Shown here one piece after another: positions 1-10,368 of a DNA stretch of 64,000 bases (positions are counted from its first letter, which is position 1; the number at the start of each line of letters is the position of its first letter). Location of the stretch: contig CBDATS010000005.1 in the NCBI GenBank assembly GCA_965200245.1, positions 224,001-288,000 of the forward strand. Direction: 5' to 3'. The translations under genes and the position numbers were made by a program. Under the pieces are notes generated by a model that worked only from the letters and a program-made list of their open reading frames with translations, did no database searches and was not told where the DNA came from. The stretch comes from a bacterium. Its GTDB lineage: Bacteria > UBA8248.

Positions 1-223
1 CAGGCTCAACGATTCTTTCTTCATCGCCCACAATCACGTAGCGCCTGCCTTCCAGCACGAGGTAAAACTGCTCCTCGTTGGGATGGTAATGTGGCGTGGC
101 CCCCTCGCCCCTGAGATACGTCACGACACCCACCTTCATCAATTCTCCCGACACCGCCTTGGCGACCGCAGGCGATATCCCGGAGCGAATCTCTTCCATC
201 TCGGAAATCCTGTAGAATGGCAT
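1..223 (-). CDS. Cupin domain protein (3' end outside the window)
   Basis: Manual translation from ATG 223: MPFYRISEMEEIRSG...TPHYHPNEEQFYLVLEG, with cupin HxHxxEE motif. GGGAGG SD upstream. Paralogue of the next gene. Confidence 0.85.
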   Translation of the reverse strand, partial: MPFYRISEMEEIRSGISPAVAKAVSGELMKVGVVTYLRGEGATPHYHPNEEQFYLVLEGRRYVIVGDEERIVEP

Positions 224-311
224 TCCCTTACCTCCCTTTTTGATTTTGCGTATATTCCCCTCAAAAGACCGCCATTTTGTTCAAAAAACCACGACCGTCG
301 CTGACCACCCA

Positions 312-716
312 TCAAATAAATTCGTGCAGTTTTTCTTCCAGGCGGCGGACAATTTCCTCTGCGTCCTCCGCATCGTGGTGATCCTGATCGAGGCTCCCGT
401 CGCCCGAAGGACTCTTGGCAGTGAACATGCACACATCGTCGATGATGACGCCGCCGTGCTTTGCTCCTCGCGGGATATGCACGATATCTCCCGCGACGAC
501 CAGGCCCTCCTCATCGCCCACGATCATCCATTGCCTGCCCTCGAGGATGAAAAGGAACTGCTCCTCGTTCGGGTGGTAGTGGGGTCTCGACATCTTGCCC
601 TTGGGATAGGTGACGAAACCCACCTTTACCAACTCCCCCGCCAGACCCTTGAAGCGGCCCATAGGCTGGGCAGCCACGTGGGATTCGGCCATCTCGGACA
701 CTCTGTAAAAAGGCAT
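312..716 (-). CDS. Cupin domain protein
   Basis: MPFYRVSEM...PHYHPNEEQFLFILEG...GDIVHIPRGAKH. Start moved to ATG 716 by analogy with the paralogue. Confidence 0.85.
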   Translation of the reverse strand: MPFYRVSEMAESHVAAQPMGRFKGLAGELVKVGFVTYPKGKMSRPHYHPNEEQFLFILEGRQWMIVGDEEGLVVAGDIVHIPRGAKHGGVIIDDVCMFTAKSPSGDGSLDQDHHDAEDAEEIVRRLEEKLHEFI

Positions 717-974
717 TTCGAATCTCTCCTTCCGAATTTTCCTCGCGACACTTCGCAGATTCCGCACACCTGCCACCTTCTACACAAAAACGGCAGGTCT
801 ATCGGGATTCTTGATTATCGTCGACTCCTGTTTCCTGCCATTCTATAGAATCTACCCGCTTTTCACACGACAAAGCCGTGACATGTTTAAAACCATCCCG
901 AATGGATTCGGGTTGTGATAATATTTTTCCGAAAGCTGCCGTGTCACCCAAGCATAAACGGAGAAAGCTCTCCC

Positions 975-1544
975 ATGTCCCGCCACACGAATACTGCATC
1001 CAGAATTCTTGTCGCAGCCTCGCTCGCCGCCATTCTCTTTGGCTGCGCAGTGCAGACGTTTCCCACCCACGGGGTGTTGCGCCAGGGGCTGGCCGAAATG
1101 GTGGGTACTACCGTCGAGGCGCTTGTCGAGAAGATAGGGTATCCGGAAAGCGACGTCAGCGTCAGCGGCCGAAAGGTCTACACTTGGGACCACAGGAGAA
1201 CCTTCACCTACCTCACACCCGAGACCGTCTGCCGTAATGAGATCGTGTTCCACCGACGGGGCCGCCGCGAAGTGACAAGGGTGTGCGACACGCATCAGGT
1301 GGAAAGAACGTTGCTGCACCACTGTACGCTCAAGGTGGAAGCCGATGGTGCGGAAATAATTACCGCGTTCAGTTTCGACGGCAACGCGGACGGTTGCGAA
1401 CACTTCGCCTCGGCTTTCAGAAACATCCCTTACGAGACATGCATCGAAAAACTATCGGGGCTCAAGTTCGCGGTGAACATCGGAACGGAGCCGCAGGAGA
1501 AGCTCTCTGCCGCCATTACCCGGTGCGAGAAGCTATACCGCTAG
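975..1544 (+). CDS. Hypothetical lipoprotein with several Cys
   Basis: Signal peptide with lipobox ILFG-C after MSRHTNT; GGAG upstream. Confidence 0.6.
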   Translation: MSRHTNTASRILVAASLAAILFGCAVQTFPTHGVLRQGLAEMVGTTVEALVEKIGYPESDVSVSGRKVYTWDHRRTFTYLTPETVCRNEIVFHRRGRREVTRVCDTHQVERTLLHHCTLKVEADGAEIITAFSFDGNADGCEHFASAFRNIPYETCIEKLSGLKFAVNIGTEPQEKLSAAITRCEKLYR

Positions 1545-1857
1545 CATGCCTAATCGATTACAGCGAGGATGGCTGCGCGCAGGTAACAGGACTTCCCGGA
1601 ACCTGTCCCCGATATGGGCTTGTGTTCGCGCACGCCCAACCATCGATGTTCATATTCCGGAAAAGCAACGAATTTAGTGTTGCGAGAAAAAGAACAAGTC
1701 AACAATACCTGAATCCAGGCTTTCACCCAAAAACCGGACGTAGACGCCAAAGTCCATACGCGAGACGTTATGGAGCAGATTGGCGACCCGTTACACTACC
1801 TCGTCCTGAGCGATGAGGTGCACATTATCCCGGTGCAGCTCTCGCGCAGAGGCAAAG

Positions 1858-2487
1858 CTACCTCCTCATTTCCTGCGTTTCGCTCTCTCCATCCTGTTCT
1901 CTCGCCTTGCCCGATTCACCCTCAAGCTTTTGCTTCATCCCGCGGACGCCTTCCTTGGCCGAGTCGAGTTTTTCGTCGAGTTTCTCCTTGACGTCGCCCA
2001 GGCCCTCCTGGATATCCACCTTGTCGATTCCCTGGATGTAGGCGCTCACCTGGCGAATGTAGGGCAGGAGCCTATGTCCGTCTCCGCCGGACGAAAAGCC
2101 GGGCGAATGGGTCTCGATAATCATCAGCCCCAGGGCAAGGAAGAAAACACCCTTGGCGCTGCCGATGAGGCCGCCGCCGAGCCTCGATATCCACCCTAGA
2201 ACCGCGATAGACAAAACCCTGAACATCACGCGGAAGAACAAGACGGCAAGCAGCCACGAACCGAAAAAAAGCACCGGCTTGACGAGCGAGTCGAGCAGGC
2301 TGTCCTCGGCGAAGAAGTAGGCCGCGTAGGAACGCAGAAGATCGCTGAACTGCATGGTGAGGAGCGCCGCGATTCCAAGAGCGACCACGGAGAATATCTC
2401 ACGGAAGGATCCGCGCACGCAGCCGCGAATGAGGAACCCACCGACGAAAACGGCAATGACTATGTCAGGAAACGTGAAAGAAACCAT
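1858..2487 (-). CDS. CvpA family membrane protein
   Basis: DIVIAV...RGCVRGSFREIFS and RLGGGLIGSAKG motifs; hydrophobic profile. Confidence 0.85.
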   Translation of the reverse strand: MVSFTFPDIVIAVFVGGFLIRGCVRGSFREIFSVVALGIAALLTMQFSDLLRSYAAYFFAEDSLLDSLVKPVLFFGSWLLAVLFFRVMFRVLSIAVLGWISRLGGGLIGSAKGVFFLALGLMIIETHSPGFSSGGDGHRLLPYIRQVSAYIQGIDKVDIQEGLGDVKEKLDEKLDSAKEGVRGMKQKLEGESGKAREQDGESETQEMRR

Positions 2488-2591
2488 CGATATCCTGAGT
2501 GTTTATGGACGAATATATCCGACAATCAAGACACATAGTTCAAAATGTATCAAACTGGAGCGGTTTTGTCATTCGCATAAGATGTGGTGCG

Positions 2592-3065
2592 TCAAATTCT
2601 CTCTTTCCACATGATCAGGGCGTCTTCCTGGTTGTCCGGATAATAGCGCGGGCGCATGGCTATAGCCTTGAACCCCCATCTTTCGTATAGCGCGACGGCG
2701 GCTGCGTTGCCAAGGCGCACCTCCAGCGTCGCACGAACGAGTCCCCTGGCCCTGGCGCCTTCCAGAATCCTTTCGAGCAAGAAGCCGCCTAAGCCCTTGC
2801 GTCTGTGGGCGGGCGCGACAGCGAAATTCGTGATGTGGCACTCATCCACCACCTCCCACCAGCAGGCGTAGCCCAGAATGCAGGCCTGCAATGCTCCTGC
2901 CTCGTCCGGGGGAGCTTCATCTTCCGTCACGACAAGAAGGTGGGAATTTTCGATCTCGCAAATCTCGCGGATGAAACTCGCCCCCGACCACGGAAGCGGG
3001 AAGGAACACCGCTCGATGGCGAGTACCTGCTCCACATCTTCGACTCTCATGGGCCTCGTCTTCAC
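2592..3065 (-). CDS. rimI: Ribosomal-protein-alanine N-acetyltransferase
   Basis: IERCSFPLPWS, ECHITNFAVAPAHRRKGLG, LEVRLGN, RPRYYPDNQEDALIM. Start approximate. Confidence 0.9.
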   Translation of the reverse strand: MKTRPMRVEDVEQVLAIERCSFPLPWSGASFIREICEIENSHLLVVTEDEAPPDEAGALQACILGYACWWEVVDECHITNFAVAPAHRRKGLGGFLLERILEGARARGLVRATLEVRLGNAAAVALYERWGFKAIAMRPRYYPDNQEDALIMWKERI

Positions 3066-3267
3066 GGTTCCCCTCACCCGGTGACCGGCCTGAAACTGCG
3101 AACGCAGCGAATAGCCCTGAAACTCTTTCGCCCCGGAGTTTTCGGGACTATAATGCGCCAACAAAACAGACATTCCATTTTGATGACATTGGACCATAGA
3201 CCTGCGCCGTAAAAGAAGCCCACTTGCGGCGGATGCGTAAACTCGAAAACCGATACGGAGGATTATC

Positions 3268-3978
3268 ATGGGCGCAACATTGACATATCTGGGACATTCC
3301 TCGTTCGTCGGGCAATCAGACGGCGGCAAGACCTTCTACATCGACCCCTGGCTCGAGGGGAACCCGCGCTGCCCCGAAGTTCAGCAAAGTGCGCAGAGAG
3401 CGGACCTGATCGCCCTCACCCACGGCCATTTCGACCATATCGCGGGCGTCATGGCCGTCTACGGCCAAGGCGGATGCCCGGTTGCGGGTCCTTATGAGCT
3501 GGTAAACCTGATCGCCCAGAACGAGGGCTTCGCAGAAGAGCATGCGGGTGCGATGGGAAAGGGTGGCACGGTGGATTTTGACGGCATCGGCGTCACCCTC
3601 ACCCACGCCATGCACAGTTCAAGCTACAACGAGCCGGGCATCTACGCTGGCGAACCGGCTGGCCTCGTCATGACCTTCGAGGACGGCAAGCGTGTCTACC
3701 ATGCGGGTGATACCGCCGTTTTCGGTGACATGAAAATCATCGGTGAGTTGTATCAGCCCGACCTTTGCCTTCTGCCCATCGGTAGCCGCTTCACGATGGA
3801 CCCGCGCGAGGCGGCCCTGGCCGTCGAGCTCCTGGGGGCGAGCCGGGTCGTGCCGATCCACCACTCGACTTTCCCGCTTCTTACGGGCACGCCCGAACAG
3901 TTCGCCGAAGAAGTCGCGGCGCGTGGGCTTTCACCGGAAATTACCGTTCTGGAGCCAGGCGAGTCCGTGAGCGTCTAG
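3268..3978 (+). CDS. Metal-dependent hydrolase, MBL fold (UPF0173-like)
   Basis: LGHSSF, IDPWL, THGHFDH, HAMHSS, YHAGDT, PIH motifs. Confidence 0.9.
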   Translation: MGATLTYLGHSSFVGQSDGGKTFYIDPWLEGNPRCPEVQQSAQRADLIALTHGHFDHIAGVMAVYGQGGCPVAGPYELVNLIAQNEGFAEEHAGAMGKGGTVDFDGIGVTLTHAMHSSSYNEPGIYAGEPAGLVMTFEDGKRVYHAGDTAVFGDMKIIGELYQPDLCLLPIGSRFTMDPREAALAVELLGASRVVPIHHSTFPLLTGTPEQFAEEVAARGLSPEITVLEPGESVSV

Positions 3979-4032
3979 GCACGCCGCCGTCCAGGCACAA
4001 TGATTTTTTGCGCTTATTGAAAGGAACCACGC

Positions 4033-5802
4033 ATGAGTGAAGCCCCCCAAGTCAACACGCGCACCGAGGATCGCGACGGAATGCGAATCACTTGGCACCA
4101 GCCCATCGAAATGGACGACGGCCTCGTGCTTCGTGCCGATGTGTTCCGGCCCATCCAGGAGGGAAAATACCCCGTCATCCTGACCTACGGCATCTACGCC
4201 AAGGGGGTGGCTTACCAGGAGGGCTATCAACACCAATGGAATAAGATGGTGGCGGATTATCCCGAAACTCTCGAGATGTCCACCAATAAGTACCAGAACT
4301 GGGAGGTGACGGATCCTGAGTGCTGGATTCCCCATGGCTATGTCTGTATCCGCGTGGACTCGCGCGGAGCGGGCTGGTCTCCGGGTTTCATGGAGCCCAA
4401 CTCGCCTCGGGAGATTCAAGACCTTTACCAGTGCATCGAATGGGCCGGCGTGCAGGAGTGGAGCAACGGCAAGGTGGGAATGCTGGGCATCTCCTACTAC
4501 GCGCGCAACCAGTGGCGTATCGCGGGACTGAAGCCCCCCCACCTCACCGCCATCATCCCCTGGGAGGGCGGGAACGACACCTACCGCGATTCGGGCTACC
4601 ACGGGGGCATCCTGAGCCAGTTCCAGGAGCAATGGTCGAAAGTGCAGGTGATGAACGTTCAGTACGGGCGTGGCGAACACGCGAGAAAACACCCCGTGAC
4701 GGGAGAATCTGTCGCAGGCCCCATCACGCTCACAGAAGAAGAACTCGCGCAGAACCGTGTCAACGCCTTCGAGGAACTCAAAAAACATCCCTTCGACGAT
4801 CAGTGGCACCGCGACCGCTCGGCCGATCTCTCCAAAGTCACGCTCCCGCTTCTCACCTGCGCCAACTGGGGCGGCCAGGGGATTCACCCGCGCGGGAACT
4901 TCAACGGCTACATCGAATCGCCCTCGGAAGAAAAGTGGCTCGAAGCACACGGGGATTCGCACTGGTCGCTGTTTTCCAGCAAATACGGACTGGACCTCCA
5001 GAAGCGCTTTTTCGATCATTACCTGAAAGGTATCGATAACGGTTGGGAAAAGACCCCGCGTGTCATGCTGAACATCCGCCACCCGGGACCGAAATTCGTC
5101 CACCGCTTCGAGAACGAATGGCCCCTGGCCCGCACGCAATGGACGAAGTTCTATCTCGATTTGGAGAACAAGGCGCTCGTGAGAGAACCCATAGCTCAGG
5201 AGACGAGCATCGAGTATGACGGCATGGGAGATGGCCTCACGTTCTGGATGCCTCCGATGGAAGAGAAAACCGAGATCACCGGCCCGATGGCGGCCAGGCT
5301 CTTCGTTTCCTCGTCTACCGAGGATGCGGATATCTTCCTTATCGTCCGCGTGTTCGACCCCGAGGGCAAGGAACTCACCTTCATGGGTTCCACCGATCCG
5401 CACACGCCGATTGCGAACGGCTGGCTGCGCGTCTCACACCGCGCCCTCGACCCGGGAAAAAGCACCTTCTACCGACCCTATCATCCACACGACAAGGCTG
5501 AACTTCTGACACCCGGCGAGGTTTACGAGAGCAATATCGAGATTGTCACTTCGTGCATCGTCGTGCCCGTCGGCTGGCGGGTAGCGCTCACCGTGCGCGG
5601 GAAGGACTATGAATACACGGGCGAGCCCAACGAGTTCGCAAAACAGTTCCACTATTCCACGAGAGGCACGGGTGGCATGACGCACAACGACACGGACGAC
5701 AGACCCCCTGCCGTATTCGACAACAAGGTGACTCTACACGCTGGCGGCGGTCGCGATCCCTACCTGCTCCTGCCTGTCATCCCACCCAAAGAAGGAGATT
5801 AG
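4033..5802 (+). CDS. CocE/NonD family hydrolase
   Basis: LRADVFRP, DSRGAGWSPG, WSNGKVGMLGISY nucleophile motif, PepX-like C-terminal domain. Confidence 0.9.
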   Translation: MSEAPQVNTRTEDRDGMRITWHQPIEMDDGLVLRADVFRPIQEGKYPVILTYGIYAKGVAYQEGYQHQWNKMVADYPETLEMSTNKYQNWEVTDPECWIPHGYVCIRVDSRGAGWSPGFMEPNSPREIQDLYQCIEWAGVQEWSNGKVGMLGISYYARNQWRIAGLKPPHLTAIIPWEGGNDTYRDSGYHGGILSQFQEQWSKVQVMNVQYGRGEHARKHPVTGESVAGPITLTEEELAQNRVNAFEELKKHPFDDQWHRDRSADLSKVTLPLLTCANWGGQGIHPRGNFNGYIESPSEEKWLEAHGDSHWSLFSSKYGLDLQKRFFDHYLKGIDNGWEKTPRVMLNIRHPGPKFVHRFENEWPLARTQWTKFYLDLENKALVREPIAQETSIEYDGMGDGLTFWMPPMEEKTEITGPMAARLFVSSSTEDADIFLIVRVFDPEGKELTFMGSTDPHTPIANGWLRVSHRALDPGKSTFYRPYHPHDKAELLTPGEVYESNIEIVTSCIVVPVGWRVALTVRGKDYEYTGEPNEFAKQFHYSTRGTGGMTHNDTDDRPPAVFDNKVTLHAGGGRDPYLLLPVIPPKEGD

Positions 5803-6207
5803 GCACGAACAGGGGTGGATGCAAAACGAAAAAACGGAGGAGCCTGTATAATAGAAACGCTGATGGATTTCATGGTCGTCAGGCTGACGACTCTCGTGGG
5901 GCTCAGGTTCGTCTGTGGCCAAATCACCGATCTTCACGAGCACCCGGAAAGAATTGACAGGGTACTCTCGGTAATCCAGAAATACATGGCAAGGAGCGAA
6001 GAACCGAGCGGTTCTTTGGGTGCACGATCACCGTTTCTTTCCGCAGGACCAAAATCGACTGAGGCACTGCGACCTCAAGCGATGCAGGACTTCCCGGGCG
6101 GAAGACCGAAACCAAATCGGGGCATCAGAGACAACCGTCCTGGGGTTGTCCTTTGTCAGGATGCAGCATGGAGGGCAGGTACGGGTGTTATCGGTTTCCG
6201 GGCGACA

Positions 6208-6975
6208 TCACCCCGCGGCGCCGCGGCCGCCGTCGACCACGATATGCTGGCCCGTGAGATAATCAGAAGCCGATGAGCACAGGAAAAGGGCCGCGCCCGT
6301 CAAATCCTCAGGTGCGCCCGCGCGGCCGGCAGGCGTTCGCGCGAAGACTTCCGCCATCTTCTCGGGATTGGCGAACAGACCCCCCGTCATCGGTGTCCTG
6401 GTGAGTTGCGGCCCCAAGGCGTTCACCTGGATATTGTGCGGTGCCCATTCGAGCGCCAGCGCACGCACGAGGGATACAACTGCCCCCTTGGTGGCGACAT
6501 AGGCGGCCTGGTTTGGCACGGCGCGCTCGGCTACCATGGAAGTGAGCAGGACTATCTTTCCGCCACTCTGGTCGACCATGACTTTCGCAGCTTCCTGCGC
6601 ACAGAAAAAAGCGCCGCGCACATTCGAAGCAAGGAGCGTGTCCACATCCTCTGGCGTGTGATCGAGCGCGGGTTTCACGATGTTGATCGCGGCGCTGTTC
6701 ACCATGACGTCAAGACCCCCGTGGCTCGATACCACCTCCCCCACGAGCGCTGAAACCGAGTCCGCGTCCCCTACGTCGCAGGATTGAAACTGCGCTTCAA
6801 GACCATCCGCCCGCAAGGCTTCGAGTGCTTCATCGCCTCGGTTCCTGGAACGGCCAGCGATTGTGACCCTCGCACCCGCGCCCGCGAGCGCCCTTGCAAT
6901 CGCCAGACCGATACCAGACGTGCCGCCCGTAACGACCGCGACGCGGCCTTCTATCCTGAACTGCTCTATCATCAT
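6208..6975 (-). CDS. SDR family oxidoreductase
   Basis: TGGTSGIG and YVATKGA (YxxxK). Confidence 0.9.
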   Translation of the reverse strand: MMIEQFRIEGRVAVVTGGTSGIGLAIARALAGAGARVTIAGRSRNRGDEALEALRADGLEAQFQSCDVGDADSVSALVGEVVSSHGGLDVMVNSAAINIVKPALDHTPEDVDTLLASNVRGAFFCAQEAAKVMVDQSGGKIVLLTSMVAERAVPNQAAYVATKGAVVSLVRALALEWAPHNIQVNALGPQLTRTPMTGGLFANPEKMAEVFARTPAGRAGAPEDLTGAALFLCSSASDYLTGQHIVVDGGRGAAG

Positions 6976-6997
6976 TTCACTCCCGAAATCTCGATTG

Positions 6998-7807
6998 CTA
7001 CAGACGCGCTCTCAGATATTCCATCGTCCTGGTCGCCGCCGTTTCGAAATCGGGCTTCTGGGCCAGTTGGGCCGAGAGGTAGCCCGTATAGCCTATCTCC
7101 TTGAGCGCGCCTATAATCTCACTGAAGGGAATATGGCCTGAACCAGGGTAGGTGCGCGTGTTGTCGGCGACATGGAAGTAATCGATTCGCGCACCCGCCT
7201 CCCGGATCGCTTCCGCGAAAGAAGCGTCCTCGATGTTCATGTGGAAGCTATCGATCAGAAAACCCACCGCCTCATGGTTCATTTCGTCCAGAAACGCGAG
7301 GCCTTCCTGCGTGGACCGCACGAAGTTCGTGTTGAAACGGTGGTGCGGCTCGAAGAGCATTTTGATGCCGCGTTCCCCTGCCCTGTCGGCACCCGCGCGC
7401 AACCCGTCCCACATCCAAGCTTCGGACTCCGATCTTCGTTCGCCTTCGAGGAGATTCCCCCGGAAGCGACCGATGTTCACCGGACATCCCAGATCGGCCG
7501 CAAAATCTATGTGGCCGAAAAGCCGCTCGATCGCCTCAACACGCACGTCCGCTTCGGGATGGCAGAGTTCGATTTCGTCCTGATAGGAAATGGGAGCTGT
7601 GCCGATGAGGGAGACTTTGAGACCCGATTCCTCAAGCGTGCGATGCAGATCGTCGCGATCGAAAGCGCCCGCGTCACGTGTCGCGAGTTCCACGCCATCG
7701 AAACCCAGGTCTTTCAGGAACATCAGGTTGTCCCGGAACGCGCCACGCACCGCGGGCATGAGCGGCGTCGTCACGTCGGGCGTTGCGACCACGTAGCCGA
7801 TTTTCAT
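6998..7807 (-). CDS. Sugar phosphate isomerase/epimerase (xylose-isomerase-like TIM barrel)
   Basis: GFDGVEL, EPHHRF, DSFHMNIED, HVADNTRTYPGSGH. Confidence 0.85.
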   Translation of the reverse strand: MKIGYVVATPDVTTPLMPAVRGAFRDNLMFLKDLGFDGVELATRDAGAFDRDDLHRTLEESGLKVSLIGTAPISYQDEIELCHPEADVRVEAIERLFGHIDFAADLGCPVNIGRFRGNLLEGERRSESEAWMWDGLRAGADRAGERGIKMLFEPHHRFNTNFVRSTQEGLAFLDEMNHEAVGFLIDSFHMNIEDASFAEAIREAGARIDYFHVADNTRTYPGSGHIPFSEIIGALKEIGYTGYLSAQLAQKPDFETAATRTMEYLRARL

Positions 7808-7994
7808 TCTGTACTGCCCCTTTCATTCCAGCATTCATCAAAATGTATCGCTGTCCCTCTTTCGTTTTCCCGGTGGATGCGGCGATACTATAGCCGCAAG
7901 GGCAGTACGGCGAAAGGGCGACCCAGCATTTTCCGGGCGAAGGCTATCCTGTAGCCTTGAGGCTTGATTCCACTCAAAACCGGAGAGCAAACTC

Positions 7995-8942
7995 ATGAGA
8001 GAAGACCAGAGGCTGCTTCACGGCGCGATTGACACTCACATCCACGCATCACCCAGCCTGTTCCCACGCGTCTGTGACCACATCGAGTGTGCACGCGGGG
8101 CGGCCTCAGTAGGCATGCGCGGCGTGGTCTTCAAGATACATCACGGCGACACGTCGGGACGCATCCCTCTCGTGCGTGAGGTAATGGGCGACGCCATCGA
8201 AATTTACGGCGGCATCACCCTCAACAGCCCGGTGGGCGGGTTCAACCCCTTCGCGGTGGATACCGCCATCAAGATGGGGGCGAAGATGGTGTGGATGCCC
8301 ACCATCAGTTCGCTGAACCACCTCGAGAAACTCGGCGCGCCGCATTTCCCGGGCATGAAGCAGACCAAAGGCGTGAACCTGAAGGAAGAAGGTCTCACCA
8401 TCTTCACCGACAAGAAGCGAACGGAAATACAAGAGGAAGTGAGAACGATCTGCAGACTTATCGCCGATGCGGGAATTTGCCTTAGCACAGGGCACCTGAG
8501 CGTGGACGAGGTGCGCGCCTTGATCCCCCTTGCGAAAGAGGAAGGAGTGAAACACATCATCGTCCAGCACCCGGAATATATCGTGGACGCATCGGCTGAG
8601 GAACAGGTGGAATTCGCAGAGATGGGGGCCTACATCGAGCATCTTGCGATCTTCTGTTTCACTCACTGGGGCGCGTATCCCACCGACAAGAACGCGCCGC
8701 CCATCTCCGTCAGGGAACAGGCGAAGATGGTGAGAGCCGTTGGCGCGGCCAGAACGATTCTGTCCACAGACCTGGGTCAACTCCATAACGCACCCCCCTG
8801 GGAAGGTCTGCGCGTGTTCGTTCAACTCATGCTGGAAAACGGAATAAAATCAGGAGAAATCGAGACCATGCTGCACAAAAACCCCGCCCGCGTACTCGGG
8901 CTTCCCCTGAAAGCCCCCACGCAGGGGGAGGAAGCGCCCTAG
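7995..8942 (+). CDS. Amidohydrolase-like protein (DUF6282-type)
   Basis: IDTHIHASPS, VWMPT, TGH, STDLGQ, NPARVLG. Confidence 0.75.
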   Translation: MREDQRLLHGAIDTHIHASPSLFPRVCDHIECARGAASVGMRGVVFKIHHGDTSGRIPLVREVMGDAIEIYGGITLNSPVGGFNPFAVDTAIKMGAKMVWMPTISSLNHLEKLGAPHFPGMKQTKGVNLKEEGLTIFTDKKRTEIQEEVRTICRLIADAGICLSTGHLSVDEVRALIPLAKEEGVKHIIVQHPEYIVDASAEEQVEFAEMGAYIEHLAIFCFTHWGAYPTDKNAPPISVREQAKMVRAVGAARTILSTDLGQLHNAPPWEGLRVFVQLMLENGIKSGEIETMLHKNPARVLGLPLKAPTQGEEAP

Positions 8943-9037
8943 AGCAAGGAGGCGGTTCGCATACCGTCCCTGTCATGCTCGCTACCTGCAGGGACAGAAT
9001 CGCCACCTGCCCCTGCTTTGGTTCTCGAATCCGGATA

Positions 9038-10327
9038 CTACAGCCTGTACCCGGCCTCCCGAATAAATCGCGCGAGATTCCGCTTCGTTTCGTCCCCCAA
9101 ACTCTCGAACATCTCGATCGTGGCCTGTTTGCTGCCCTCGACCGCCGGCTGATCAAACGGGTTCACCTCGCGCAGAAGACCGCCGTAAACCGCCGCCCAC
9201 TGCCAAAGCGCAATCAAGCCGCATACGTCGGAGGCGGCAAGCGAGTCGAGCGTGAGCACAAAGTGGGGCGTCCCCCTGCTCTCCGCTTCGGCGACAACGC
9301 CCGCGTGTTCCATGTGAAGAAATTCTGTGCCACTCACCCCGCGTGTGAGGCACGCATCCTCACCGAAACTCCCGACGCACATGGAAAGCCCCACTACGTT
9401 CTCGCGCCCCCCGAAATACCTCTGGTTCGAGTGGTGCTGGCTCTCTGGCGCGCCTGCACAGAGAATCGTTTGCCCGCACCCGTCCTTGCAATAGCTCTCA
9501 TGGACAAGCTGCACGATGAGTTCGCCCACTCCCGAAAGCGCGTGGGCGTAAATCGGCATGAATATCTCCGTGTAGCCCGCGTTTTCTGCACGCCAGAGTT
9601 CGAGCGCGAGGTATTTCGCCATGTTCTCGCTTGAGGCTACGGAAACCTTGAGTTTTTCGTGGGTGTCTGCAAAGGCCGCATCTATCTCCCCGGCCAGGGC
9701 CGTGTTGCCGTCCAGCATCGCCAGGGGCAGAAGCGCGTTGTTCTGCGCGGCTGTAAAACGTCCGCCCACCTCGTCGGGATGCGGAAATGTGTCGAGATTC
9801 GCTTCTGCAACCATCAAGGCCAGCTTGCTCGGACCTGATGAAGTGATCGCCAGGGCTGGATAGCCACGTTCCATCAAAATGGCCGTTTCCTGAATCACGT
9901 TTTCGGTGTTGCCGGATTTGCTCACGGGAACGACAAGTGTGTTCTCGGGATTGAACGTGTCACCCCCCCGCAGCAACTCCCCAAACAGTCCACTCATGTC
10001 CGTTCCGTCGAGCAGATGCAGTTTTCGGGAAAACCCACGCCCTGAAAGCGCCAGATAGAGTGCCCACACGTTTCGTATCGACCCCCCGTTTCCGATAACG
10101 ACCAAGTGATCCTTTCCCTGTGCCGCCGCAAGTTTCTCCTCCATGCCCGCGACGTCCGCGCGTTCGGTGGCGAACCAGGGCTCCCCCGGTCCCGCCTGGT
10201 ATTGTGCTATTCGTTCGGCGCACCACGCAGGGTCGTCGAGCAAGTTTTTCTTCTCGCGCCAGAGGTCGCCTTTTCCTCTTTCGCCGATCGGCGTATCGAA
10301 ACCTTTCGTATACAGGTGAAGGCTCAA
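9038..10327 (-). CDS. Divergent glucose-6-phosphate isomerase-like SIS protein
   Basis: GNGGS, SKSGNT, VGGRF, QLVHES, NPFDQPAVEGSK. Confidence 0.75.
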   Translation of the reverse strand: MSLHLYTKGFDTPIGERGKGDLWREKKNLLDDPAWCAERIAQYQAGPGEPWFATERADVAGMEEKLAAAQGKDHLVVIGNGGSIRNVWALYLALSGRGFSRKLHLLDGTDMSGLFGELLRGGDTFNPENTLVVPVSKSGNTENVIQETAILMERGYPALAITSSGPSKLALMVAEANLDTFPHPDEVGGRFTAAQNNALLPLAMLDGNTALAGEIDAAFADTHEKLKVSVASSENMAKYLALELWRAENAGYTEIFMPIYAHALSGVGELIVQLVHESYCKDGCGQTILCAGAPESQHHSNQRYFGGRENVVGLSMCVGSFGEDACLTRGVSGTEFLHMEHAGVVAEAESRGTPHFVLTLDSLAASDVCGLIALWQWAAVYGGLLREVNPFDQPAVEGSKQATIEMFESLGDETKRNLARFIREAGYRL

Positions 10328-10368
10328 AAGCGGACTCCTCTTTTCCTGAATGACGAGAATTGGCCTCT

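Noticed and set aside
3931-5403. Long antisense or overlapping ORFs (for example 3931-5403, 27706-28674, 44386-45366, 63251-63913)
   Set aside because: Shadows of well-supported genes on the opposite strand in GC-rich DNA, with no recognisable motifs.
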